A stretch of DNA of 64,000 bases from Bacteroidia bacterium. GTDB lineage: Bacteria; Bacteroidota; Bacteroidia; M30B66. Shown piece after piece: positions 1 through 9,045 of this stretch. The position numbers and the translations under genes are program-made. The notes beneath the pieces are model-generated. The model saw only the letters and a program-made list of their open reading frames with translations. It ran no database searches and was not told the DNA's origin. The DNA is taken from positions 3,648,001 through 3,712,000 of the forward strand of contig OZ257142.1 of the NCBI GenBank assembly GCA_965279035.1, written 5' to 3'. Numbering within the stretch: position 1 is the first letter of the stretch; the number at the start of each line of letters is the position of its first letter.

Positions 1-21
1 TTTATGCAGTCCAGTGAAACC

Positions 22-1056
22 TTATTGTTTAATAAATTCAACTCTTCTGTTATTGGCTTTTCCCTCGGAAGTTGAATTATCGGAAATTGGTTTGGATTCA
101 CCATATCCTTTGGAACTGAGTCTTGATGCATCTATACTTTGTTTGATCAATTCTGTTTTTACTGCATCAGCACGTTGTTGTGATAATTTTAAATTAGAGG
201 CATCTTCACCATCACTATCCGTATGTCCACCAATCTCGAATTTCAATTCCGGATGTGCTTTCATTAATGCGATTATTCTATTTATTTCACCCATACTTTC
301 GGGTTTTAAGCTTGCTTTATTATAGTCGAACTTAATTCCGCGAGCTATGAATTTACCATCACTTGTAATTTGCTTGTATGGATCAACTCCGCCTGCAGCT
401 AAACGAATATTTTTAAAATAACGTTGATTTAAACCATCAGTTGAAATTCCAACTAAATTAAATGTGAATGAGTTCGCTCTTCCGAATTCCGTTTGAGCAT
501 TTAATACACGCACATTATTGATATATACTTTCATTGTAGTTTCATTCACTGAAATTGCTACATGATACCATTTGCCTTCAGCAATATCATCAGGTGTTGG
601 ATATTCTCCTTTTTGAAGTTCCAAGCTTACTTGACCATTACTCATTATTTTTAAATTATTTGCCAAGTTGCCTGTTCCTTCATTCCAAACAATATCTATT
701 GGCCAACCACTTCCTGCCGCATCTGAGCCTGTTGTCATGGCATCAAATTCAAGTGTAAAACGTTTTGGTAAAATTGCATTGTTCTTTAAACGTGGAGTAA
801 TTTGTACGTTCCACCCATCAATCATAACAATGGATTTTTCTCCATCTTTTTCTCGCACTTCTGTTCTACCTGAAATTATTTTCCATTTACTTGGTATTTC
901 ATCTGTTTGTTCATCAACAACTAAGTCTTCAAATAAAATAGTGTCGCCTGGAACAAAATCATACTTACCATAAGCACTCATGTCTGTTTGTGCTGAGAGT
1001 GATAAACAATTCAATAATATGAAAGAGAAGAACAGTCTAAAAACAATATTTTTCAT
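22..1056 (-). CDS. OmpA-family protein with N-terminal LamG/ConA-like domain
   Basis: Signal peptide; 'KWYHVAISV...KVYINN' LamG-like segment; C-terminal OmpA_C motifs (IKFDYNKA, GHTD, NLKLSQQRA, NRRVEF). Confidence 0.85.
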   Translation of the reverse strand: MKNIVFRLFFSFILLNCLSLSAQTDMSAYGKYDFVPGDTILFEDLVVDEQTDEIPSKWKIISGRTEVREKDGEKSIVMIDGWNVQITPRLKNNAILPKRFTLEFDAMTTGSDAAGSGWPIDIVWNEGTGNLANNLKIMSNGQVSLELQKGEYPTPDDIAEGKWYHVAISVNETTMKVYINNVRVLNAQTEFGRANSFTFNLVGISTDGLNQRYFKNIRLAAGGVDPYKQITSDGKFIARGIKFDYNKASLKPESMGEINRIIALMKAHPELKFEIGGHTDSDGEDASNLKLSQQRADAVKTELIKQSIDASRLSSKGYGESKPISDNSTSEGKANNRRVEFIKQ

Positions 1057-1166
1057 TCGACATTTTTTTTCAAAAGTAATTTTTTTGAATTAATCTCTTC
1101 AATTGCTTTTCCTTTCGAATATTGAAATTGTATTAAATTTTAAGCAAGAATTTTTATTCATTTATA

Positions 1167-1180
1167 ATTGTACATACAAT
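1167..1180. promoter_or_regulatory. Candidate MarR operator (ATTGTA-CA-TACAAT)
   Basis: Perfect 6-2-6 inverted repeat just upstream of the TACTTTTG promoter motif (1190-1197) of the MarR gene; recurs at 1673-1685. Confidence 0.6.
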
Positions 1181-1201
1181 CAATTTAACTACTTTTGTCT
1201 T

Positions 1202-1654
1202 ATGAAATTGGAAGAAGCATTAAAACAAACCAAGCCGTTTAAAAGTGAGTTTCAGAAATTGGTTCTGAATATTCACTATACGAGTAGTTGTTTGAATGCA
1301 GCTTTGGCAGAAATATTAAAGCCTTTTGATTTAAGTCCACATCAGTATAATGTATTACGCATTTTAAAAGGTAAACATCCTGATAGCTATTGTAATCAGG
1401 AAATTACGAGCCGAATGATTGATAAAAATTCGAATGCAACACGCATCGTTGATAAGCTGGTTGTGAAAAAGTTAGTTAGCCGTATTGGATGTGATGAAGA
1501 TCGTCGCCAAGTTCTTATCAAGATTACTGATGCTGGATTAAAGACTTTGGATGAAATTGATTCAAAGTTAAGAGATGATTCAATTGCAATACCGGGCATT
1601 ACGGAAGAAGAAGCCAAATTAGTGAATGCCTGCCTTGACAGAATTCGGAAATAA
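1202..1654 (+). CDS. MarR-family transcriptional regulator
   Basis: 'DLSPHQYNVLRILKG...NATRIVDKLV.KKLVSR...DRRQVLIKIT..G' winged-helix MarR pattern; start moved to the ATG at 1202. Confidence 0.92.
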   Translation: MKLEEALKQTKPFKSEFQKLVLNIHYTSSCLNAALAEILKPFDLSPHQYNVLRILKGKHPDSYCNQEITSRMIDKNSNATRIVDKLVVKKLVSRIGCDEDRRQVLIKITDAGLKTLDEIDSKLRDDSIAIPGITEEEAKLVNACLDRIRK

Positions 1655-1672
1655 AAATTTTTACCTATTTAC

Positions 1673-1700
1673 TTGTACATACAATTTTAATACATACAAT
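1673..1700. promoter_or_regulatory. Second candidate MarR operator (TTGTA-CA-TACAAT, plus partial TACATACAAT)
   Basis: Near-identical copy of the 1167-1180 palindrome upstream of the next gene, followed by a partial copy at 1691-1700. Confidence 0.55.
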
Positions 1701-1721
1701 CACTTTCAAACAAACAATCCC

Positions 1722-2132
1722 ATGAAATCAAAACTCACATTTGTACAATCGATTAAAGCAGGTGCCATGGCTGCTGGAGCTGCTGCAGTAATCAATTCGA
1801 TTATCTTCTTCATTTTCCATTCTACTGGAATATTTGTTGACACCATTTACATTCAACCTGGACAAGCACTCACAGTGATTCCAATTCTTATTTCAAGCAT
1901 TGCACCGACTCTCATTGCTAGTTGTGTGTTTTTCTTGCTAGAGAAATACACTAAAAATGGAGTTCAGATTTTCCGGATCGTTTCGATTGTTATATTGCTG
2001 CTATCATTTGGAAATCCCTTTATGATTCCTCAGGTAACGATAAGTTATGCTATTGCTTTAGATGTAATGCATGTTGTTGTTGTTGCCTGTTTGCTTTATT
2101 TTATTGGCAAAGCTGTAAGCGAAAAAAACTAA
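1722..2132 (+). CDS. Small 4-TM membrane protein (DUF6069-like)
   Basis: Four hydrophobic segments, 'LLLSFGNP' and 'ALDVMHVVV' motifs; start moved to the ATG at 1722. Confidence 0.7.
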   Translation: MKSKLTFVQSIKAGAMAAGAAAVINSIIFFIFHSTGIFVDTIYIQPGQALTVIPILISSIAPTLIASCVFFLLEKYTKNGVQIFRIVSIVILLLSFGNPFMIPQVTISYAIALDVMHVVVVACLLYFIGKAVSEKN

Positions 2133-2338
2133 TCAATATAGCTTGATGGTTTAGGATTCTTCCTTTCGAGATGAGCAGCATGCTGGTTTCGGAGGAAGAA
2201 TTTTTCGTTTTAGAACGAGCAACAGCGATTGAGGTGAGCTCCTGCGAGCCGAAAGCGCGGTGGTTTTAAAGCACAGTGAAACGGAGATTTAAAACCAGTT
2301 GCCCAAATTATTAAAGTTCTCTTCTTGAAAGTATCGGC

Positions 2339-2346
2339 TATCTTTG
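2339..2346 (+). promoter_or_regulatory. Bacteroidota -7 promoter element (TATCTTTG) of rnpB
   Basis: Matches TAnnTTTG and ends 4 nt before the RNase P P1 helix. Confidence 0.75.
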
Positions 2347-2350
2347 CGGC

Positions 2351-2733
2351 AAACAGTCCGCCTTGTCGCGAGGTACATTCGTGTATCGCGAGGAAAGTCC
2401 GGGCAACATAGAGCATCCTGCTTCCTAACGGGAAGGCAATGGAAGGGCAACCAACCGTCGACAGCCAGTGCCACAGAGAAAATACCGCCTCATTGCAAAA
2501 TGGGGTAAGGGTGAAAACGCGGGGTAAGAGCCCACGACGCAGTTGGCGACAGCTGTGATGGCAAACCTCAGGAGTTGAAAGTCCAAATAGGCAAGAGATG
2601 AGGCTGCTCGTCTAAGATCTTCGGATTGCTCTTGCGGGTAGGGCGCTAGAGCCTGTTGGTGACGGCAGGCCCAGATAAATGACAGGGCGTGTTCTTTCGG
2701 GAGCATGACAGAACCCGGCTTATAGGACTGTTT
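2351..2733 (+). ncRNA. rnpB: RNase P RNA (bacterial type A)
   Basis: Universal motifs GAGGAAAGTCCGGGC, AGTGCCACAGAGAA, GGTAAGAGC, AGATAAATGA and ACAGAACCCGGCTTA; terminal P1 pairing AAACAGTCC/GGACTGTTT. Confidence 0.97.
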
Positions 2734-2976
2734 TATTTTTGAATTTGAGCGGAATTGTTCCGAGAAAATAAGCCAAAGGGGACAAAAAATCCCCAAGGTA
2801 TCTTTAAAAATCGACGGAATTGACTCGCTCAATTTGTTGATAAGTTGCAATTGCATCCAAAATATACAAGTCTACAACATTAGATTTTTCAGTACATACA
2901 GGCGATTTCTGCACAGGCTTTAGTAGGATGTCGGCTGGTTGATGAATAAGCGTACCTTTGCCGCTCAATATATTCA

Positions 2977-4770
2977 ATGACAACTTTTTCAGAATTGGGG
3001 CTCCGTCCGGAGCTTCTGGAGGCGCTGACCCAGATGGGGTTTACGACTCCAACGCCTATCCAGGAGCAAACGATACCGCTGCTTACTGAGAACATTACCG
3101 ACCTTGTTGCACTTGCTCAAACCGGAACCGGGAAAACCGCTGCTTTCGGACTGCCATTGCTGAACATTTTGGATGAAGAACGCCGCACACCGCAAGCACT
3201 CATCCTCTGCCCTACTCGCGAACTCTGCATGCAGATTACAAAGGACATGGAAGCATTTTCAACTAAAATGCCTCAAGTGAAAATTGTAGCAGTGTATGGT
3301 GGAGCGGCAATTACCACACAAATTAGCCAGATTAAACGCGGTGTTCAGATTGTGGTAGCAACACCGGGACGTTTAAAAGATTTGATCGATCGTAAAGCAA
3401 TTGCTTTAGGTGAAGTTGAAACGCTCGTGTTAGATGAAGCGGATGAAATGCTCAACATGGGCTTTCGTGATGATATCGATTACATTTTAGCAACAACACC
3501 GGAAGAAAAACAAACGTGGCTGTTTTCAGCTACAATGCCATCGGAAGTTGCTTCGATCTCGAAACGCTACATGGTTTCACCAGTGGAAATTTCGGTTGGT
3601 AAGAAGAATCAAGGTGCTACGAATATTGAGCATTTGTACTACATGGTGAGCAATCACAATCGTTACAATGCACTGAAACGTATTGCCGATTTTCATCCTG
3701 ATATTTATGGTATCATTTTCTGCCGTACCAAAATGGAAACGCAGGAAATTGCTGAGAAATTGATTAAAGACGGTTATAATGCCGATTCGCTTCATGGCGA
3801 TTTGAGTCAAGCTCAGCGTGATTCAGTCATGCGTAAGTTCCGTAACAAGAATCTTCAAATGTTGGTAGCTACCGATGTGGCTGCTCGAGGGATTGATGTG
3901 GATAGCATCTCTCACGTAATACATTACAACCTTCCGGATGATTCGGAAAGTTATACGCACCGAAGCGGACGTACTGCCCGTGCTGGCCGTTCGGGAATTT
4001 CCTTGGCGATTATTACACCACGTGATTTGAATAAAATCCGTCAGGTTGAACATCGCATTGGTACTCAATTCGCGCACAAACAAGTTCCAACTGGAATTGA
4101 AGTGTGTGAGCAACAGTTGATTTACCTAGCTAAGAAAGCTCACGATGTGGCGGTAAATCCCGACATCGAACAGTACTTATCGGCTATCCTCGAAACATTT
4201 GAGGACATGAGTAAAGAAGAAGTTCTGAAAAGCTTCCTATCGCTCGAGTTTAACCGATTCTTGGAATACTACAAGAATGCTTCTGACCTCAACGAAGGTC
4301 GAGGATCGCGTGCTGAAAGTGGTCGCCCGGTTGGAATTCCAATGACACGCTATTTTGTTGGCGTGGGTGAATTGGATGGAATAGATAAATCGGGAATGGT
4401 TCGTTTGTTATGCGATACGACTGGTTTACCGAATGATAAAATTGGAAAAATTGAATTGCGTCGCAGCTTTTCGTTTTTCGAAGTTCCACCACAATTTGAG
4501 CACATTGTAGAAAGCAAATTCGAAGATGTTCAGGTGAATGGCCGTACGATTCGTATTGAAAAAACTACCGGTGTTGGTGATGGTGGTGGAAAACGCAGCG
4601 GTGGATATGGTGGAGGAAGCGGCGGCGGTGGAAAACGCTGGGACAATGATCGTCCAAGTGCAGGAAAATCTCGTCCATACCGTGAGAAAGAAAGCAGTGG
4701 CGGATATCGCTCTTCGGGCTCTTCTTCGGGAGGTTCTGGTGGCGGATTTAAAGGCAGAAAGAAATACTAA
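2977..4770 (+). CDS. deaD: DEAD-box RNA helicase (DeaD/CsdA type with DbpA RNA-binding domain)
   Basis: Q-motif, AQTGTGKT, PTREL, TPGR, LDEADEM, SAT and HRSGRTARAG motifs; DbpA-like C-terminal domain and Gly/Ser/Arg tail; TACCTTTG promoter at 2953-2960. Confidence 0.92.
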   Translation: MTTFSELGLRPELLEALTQMGFTTPTPIQEQTIPLLTENITDLVALAQTGTGKTAAFGLPLLNILDEERRTPQALILCPTRELCMQITKDMEAFSTKMPQVKIVAVYGGAAITTQISQIKRGVQIVVATPGRLKDLIDRKAIALGEVETLVLDEADEMLNMGFRDDIDYILATTPEEKQTWLFSATMPSEVASISKRYMVSPVEISVGKKNQGATNIEHLYYMVSNHNRYNALKRIADFHPDIYGIIFCRTKMETQEIAEKLIKDGYNADSLHGDLSQAQRDSVMRKFRNKNLQMLVATDVAARGIDVDSISHVIHYNLPDDSESYTHRSGRTARAGRSGISLAIITPRDLNKIRQVEHRIGTQFAHKQVPTGIEVCEQQLIYLAKKAHDVAVNPDIEQYLSAILETFEDMSKEEVLKSFLSLEFNRFLEYYKNASDLNEGRGSRAESGRPVGIPMTRYFVGVGELDGIDKSGMVRLLCDTTGLPNDKIGKIELRRSFSFFEVPPQFEHIVESKFEDVQVNGRTIRIEKTTGVGDGGGKRSGGYGGGSGGGGKRWDNDRPSAGKSRPYREKESSGGYRSSGSSSGGSGGGFKGRKKY

Positions 4771-4780
4771 TAGCTTTTAA

Positions 4781-6481
4781 CTAACGCTTAATAACCTGAC
4801 GACTGAACGTGCGTGTTGGTGTAATTACCGACACCACGTATTGTCCGGAACTCAATCGGCGCACTTTTTCTAATTGCATCATATTGTTCACGTATGGATA
4901 CACGTGTACTTTTTCTTCTGCAATTTGTTTCCCTGAAAGTTTAAATATTTTCACCTGAATATCCTGTTCACTGGTTGAATAAAACTCAACAGTAACGCCT
5001 TCTATAAATGGATTCGGGTAAACGTTGACTACACTATCGCTCACCGTTTTATTGAGTTGCATTTGTGATAAAATAGCATGTGCTTTCAAGAAATTTGGAA
5101 TTCCAAAACCCTTTTTAGCATCCGGTGAATCGTATTGATCGGAGCATTGTTCAATGGCTTTGAATATCTCCATGGCACTTGCTTCGGGATGAGCTTGCCA
5201 CAAACAAGCCGACATGCCTGCCATGATGGGAGAAGAGAAGGAAGTTCCATTCGATTTGCCGGGAGTTCCGGCTGAAGTAATCACCCAAGGTTGTTGTCCC
5301 ATAGCGGATACATTAGGTTTTATTCTGCCATCGGCAGTCGGACCAAGCGAGCTGAAAGAAGCATAATTGCGATTAGCATCAACAGCACCAATGCTTAAAA
5401 CACTATCAGCATCGGCAGGAAAACCAATGTATTTCCAAGGTTCAGCTCCTGAATTTCCTGCAGAATTCACTACGAGTATTCCTTTGCTTGCAGCGATATT
5501 GGCTCCAATTGTAATGCGAGCCGTATGTCCGTTGAGTTGAGCAATGGTATGACTAGCAGTTGAATCGTCAAATACGGTATAGCCTAAGGATGAATTGATG
5601 ACATCGGCACCAACGCTATCGGCAAACTCAGCACCTCGCACCCAATTATCTTCCTCGATTAGATTTTCGGAATCAGCATCTTCGGTTCTTAAAAGCCAAT
5701 AGCTGGCTTGAGGCGATGTACCAACAAAAATCCCAGGAATATTTCCTGCCATGGTAGAAAGTACAGCCAAACCATGCGCATTGTCTTCAAAGACAGAAGT
5801 TCCACCAGTAACAAAATCGCGTGTGCCTAATAGTCGACCTGAATTTCGGAGTGAATCAAAAAAAGCAATTTGATCTACATGAAAAAATCCAGCATCGAGC
5901 ACAGCGATGGTCATTCCTTCGCCTTGAAAACCCATAGCGTGCAGTTTTTCACCTTGAAGCATTTTTATTTGCACATCCGAATTCCCATAAAAAGGATCTG
6001 CACCTAGTAAAGCAAGTTGCTTTTTAGCCGCTTCTGCTTCGGCTTGCTCGTACATCTTCATTAAATCGGCAATGAATTGATCGGCAACGTTTTTCTTTTT
6101 CAATCGAGCAACCTTCCCCACCTGATTCACAAAAGGTAAAGCTTGAACGGCAAGTAAAACCGATGAATCAGCAATTTCGATTGTTACCGCATTGAACCAT
6201 TTGCTCCTGTTTAAAATGATAGCTCCTGTTGCAGCTACTTGATCAACATAGGATGGATTAACTGGTAAATCGTTTTCCTTGAGTGCGATGCCTTGATTTT
6301 CGCGACGTTGTAATGCTTTGGGGGAAAGAAATTCGGACGCATTAGAAAGTGAATAAGGTGAACCTGTTCGATTCGTAAACTGAACCCAAAATTTAAGAGG
6401 AGCAGATAAGGTTGTTTGAGCATTTCCTGCAAGAGAAGTCAGGACAAACAAATACAAAAACAGATTTCGTTTCTTCATCAT
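4781..6481 (-). CDS. S8 subtilisin-family serine peptidase, T9SS type A cargo
   Basis: Catalytic triad motifs IAVLDAGF, HGLAVLS and GTSFSSP; oxyanion NSAGN; C-terminal 'VYPNPF...GQYVV' CTD. Confidence 0.92.
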   Translation of the reverse strand: MMKKRNLFLYLFVLTSLAGNAQTTLSAPLKFWVQFTNRTGSPYSLSNASEFLSPKALQRRENQGIALKENDLPVNPSYVDQVAATGAIILNRSKWFNAVTIEIADSSVLLAVQALPFVNQVGKVARLKKKNVADQFIADLMKMYEQAEAEAAKKQLALLGADPFYGNSDVQIKMLQGEKLHAMGFQGEGMTIAVLDAGFFHVDQIAFFDSLRNSGRLLGTRDFVTGGTSVFEDNAHGLAVLSTMAGNIPGIFVGTSPQASYWLLRTEDADSENLIEEDNWVRGAEFADSVGADVINSSLGYTVFDDSTASHTIAQLNGHTARITIGANIAASKGILVVNSAGNSGAEPWKYIGFPADADSVLSIGAVDANRNYASFSSLGPTADGRIKPNVSAMGQQPWVITSAGTPGKSNGTSFSSPIMAGMSACLWQAHPEASAMEIFKAIEQCSDQYDSPDAKKGFGIPNFLKAHAILSQMQLNKTVSDSVVNVYPNPFIEGVTVEFYSTSEQDIQVKIFKLSGKQIAEEKVHVYPYVNNMMQLEKVRRLSSGQYVVSVITPTRTFSRQVIKR

Positions 6482-7161
6482 TGCTCACCAATTTCTATGG
6501 CTTTCATCGTAAATACAACACCGCTTTTTATTTCAGGAGTTGGGACAACATAATTCACATCCACCAATTTCTTAAACACCATACCTACGTTTGTTGCAAA
6601 TACTTCAGTGGAGCGGTATTCAGACACCAAGTTTTCAGGATCGGAATTCACAACCGTTACAGTTGAATCGAAATTGAGCACACCTGTAGAAAAAGGTTCA
6701 TGTGCTTTATCCATGGTAAATGTGCGAGCTTCAAGGGAATTGAGAGCATTCGCATTCCATTCAACTCCATTCCGAACAGGAAAAACCAATTTGATAAACC
6801 GAACATCTTCTTCCACTTTCTCTACCTGAACATCGGTTTTCACGCAATACCAAACATCTTTCAAAAACCAACTCAGAGTATCAGCAGGTTTTTTCCAACG
6901 CTCAATCCGAATGGCCGAACGGCCTGAATTATCAGTAAAAGAAGATTGGTAGTATTCCTTAATTAGAAAGGAATTCGTGTCGATTGTATGATTGAAATCG
7001 TCGTAAATAATTGAATCACATTGGTAAATGATGTACGAGCCAACTTTGTCTGTAAAATAATTTCTATATACAGGATCGGGAGTGATGACTGCATCTTTTT
7101 TACACGAAGAAATTCCGAGTGTAATCACAGCCATGAAAAACAGAATGTAACGTTGCGTCAT
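6478..7161 (-). CDS. Hypothetical lipoprotein
   Basis: Lipobox 'GISSC' followed by KKD; start moved to the ATG at 7161; in-line between mnmA and the S8 peptidase. Confidence 0.75.
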   Translation of the reverse strand: MTQRYILFFMAVITLGISSCKKDAVITPDPVYRNYFTDKVGSYIIYQCDSIIYDDFNHTIDTNSFLIKEYYQSSFTDNSGRSAIRIERWKKPADTLSWFLKDVWYCVKTDVQVEKVEEDVRFIKLVFPVRNGVEWNANALNSLEARTFTMDKAHEPFSTGVLNFDSTVTVVNSDPENLVSEYRSTEVFATNVGMVFKKLVDVNYVVPTPEIKSGVVFTMKAIEIGEQ

Positions 7162-7165
7162 AAAT

Positions 7166-8260
7166 TTATTTTTTAATGAAACCTCCTCCAATAAGGTCGT
7201 TGCCTTCGTAAAATACTGCCGATTGTCCAGGAGCAACACCCGAAACGGCTTCTAGAAAATCAACTTGCACGAGACCATCGGGGCGCATATTCAGAATGCT
7301 TGAAGTGCCTTCGTGCTTGTAGCGAATTTTTGTAAGTGCCTGAAAATCTTCAGGTAATTCAGCATACTTCATCCAATTTACATCCCGAACATTCATCGTA
7401 TGCTTTACCAATTCTTCCTTCTCACCTAAAATAACCGTATTGGTTTCGGGGTTGATATCGAGCACAAAGAATGGTTTTCCTAAAGCGATTTCTAAGCCTT
7501 TACGTTGACCAACAGTGTAAAATGGATAGCCTCGATGTTTACCAACGACGGTTCCGTCCGACAAAACAAAATCACCTCCATCCACTTGTTCTTCTAATCC
7601 AGGAACTTGTCGTTTCAGAAAACTTCGATAGTCATTATCGGGCACGAAACAAATCTCGTAACTCTCGCTTTTATTTGCTAGATCAACAAATCCGCTATCT
7701 GCAGCCATCTGACGAATCTCACTTTTGCGAAATCCACCTAAAGGAAAACGTGTACGAGAAAGGCTTTCTTGACTCAATCCCCAAAGCACATAGGACTGAT
7801 CTTTATTCAAATCCAATCCACGCGAAATCACGTAACGACCATTATCCTGCAAACGATGTTGAGCATAATGTCCGGTGGCGATAAACTCGCAATCGAGCAT
7901 ATCGGCACGTTTGAGTAATGCTTCCCACTTGATATGCGTATTACATAGAACGCATGGATTGGGCGTGCGTCCGGCTATGTATTCATCTACAAAATTGTTG
8001 ATGATGTAATTCCCAAATTCACCTCGGATATCAAGAATGAAATGCGGAAAGCCAAAACGAACGGCCAAACTTCGCGCATCGTTGATTGAATCTAAACTAC
8101 AGCATCCGGTTTCCTTTTTCGTTCCACCCGAACTTGCATAATCCCATGTTTTCATGGTGATCCCAATCACTTCATATCCTTCTTCATGAAGCATCATTGC
8201 GGCGACAGAACTGTCTACACCACCACTCATTGCCACCAAAATTTTCCCGTGCCTGCTCAT
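7166..8260 (-). CDS. mnmA: tRNA 2-thiouridine(34) synthase
   Basis: AMSGGVDSS PP-loop, TPNPCVLCN, ATGHY, KDQSY, TVGQRKGL and APGQSAVFY motifs. Confidence 0.97.
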   Translation of the reverse strand: MSRHGKILVAMSGGVDSSVAAMMLHEEGYEVIGITMKTWDYASSGGTKKETGCCSLDSINDARSLAVRFGFPHFILDIRGEFGNYIINNFVDEYIAGRTPNPCVLCNTHIKWEALLKRADMLDCEFIATGHYAQHRLQDNGRYVISRGLDLNKDQSYVLWGLSQESLSRTRFPLGGFRKSEIRQMAADSGFVDLANKSESYEICFVPDNDYRSFLKRQVPGLEEQVDGGDFVLSDGTVVGKHRGYPFYTVGQRKGLEIALGKPFFVLDINPETNTVILGEKEELVKHTMNVRDVNWMKYAELPEDFQALTKIRYKHEGTSSILNMRPDGLVQVDFLEAVSGVAPGQSAVFYEGNDLIGGGFIKK

Positions 8261-9006
8261 TGTCCTGGTAATATCTCTTTCTCGTCCTTATCGAGTTTCT
8301 CAAATTTTTGAATGTTGGGTTTATCAGAAACCCCGTTTTTAAACAATTCTGTTTCAGTTAATTTCCCGTTTTCGTCAAAAAGGTACCAGGTGCCTTGGCG
8401 TAAATCATCGACATAATTCCCCGATAATTTCATTTTCCCATTGGCATGATAGTAAATCATTTTGCCATGTAGCTTTCCGTCTTTGTAGTTTGCTGTTAAG
8501 CGTTTGGTTTTGTCTTCGAAATATTGAATCCAAGGACCATGTTTTACATCTTTCACATAAGTAACTTCTTCGGAAACAGCACCTTCGGGATAGTACACAT
8601 ACCAAGTTCCTGTTTTAATTCCTTTCACATACGTTTCACGGGAAAGAACTTGTTTTTGTTCATTGTAAAATGTCCAAACTGAATCCTTTTTCTGATCAAT
8701 ATAATTTCCGTCCGAAATCATATTTCCCTTCGCATCAAAGCCTTTTGCATGTGAACGACGACCTTTATCGGAGAAGAAACACACCATTTTTAATTCTCCT
8801 GTTTCGTGGTAATAACGAAAAACGCCAGTTGGTAAATCGTCTTTGAAATTCCCTTCATACCGAGGCTTTCCATCGGGATAATTTTTCCTCCAAAAACCTT
8901 GTTTCTTCCCTTTGGAATCGGTCTTATTCAGTGTAGCCTGACTAAACACAGTTCCAGAGAAGCTGATAAATAAAAAGAAGGAGAGTAAAAAGTGGAGTGG
9001 GCGCAC
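8257..9006 (-). CDS. MORN-variant repeat protein (YwqK-like), exported
   Basis: Signal peptide, then repeated 'G.W..YY..G......Y..G...G' units; GTG start. Confidence 0.8.
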   Translation of the reverse strand: MRPLHFLLSFFLFISFSGTVFSQATLNKTDSKGKKQGFWRKNYPDGKPRYEGNFKDDLPTGVFRYYHETGELKMVCFFSDKGRRSHAKGFDAKGNMISDGNYIDQKKDSVWTFYNEQKQVLSRETYVKGIKTGTWYVYYPEGAVSEEVTYVKDVKHGPWIQYFEDKTKRLTANYKDGKLHGKMIYYHANGKMKLSGNYVDDLRQGTWYLFDENGKLTETELFKNGVSDKPNIQKFEKLDKDEKEILPGQ

Positions 9007-9045
9007 GGTTCAGCAAAAATAAGGAATATAGTTATTCAGAGAGGC

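Noticed and set aside
2210-2856. Minus-strand ORFs 2210-2416, 2289-2474 and 2425-2856
   Set aside because: Shadow ORFs over the RNase P RNA gene.
8257-9006. Toxin-antitoxin system (YwqK-like antitoxin label)
   Set aside because: Generic exported MORN-variant repeat protein in a housekeeping operon with no adjacent toxin.
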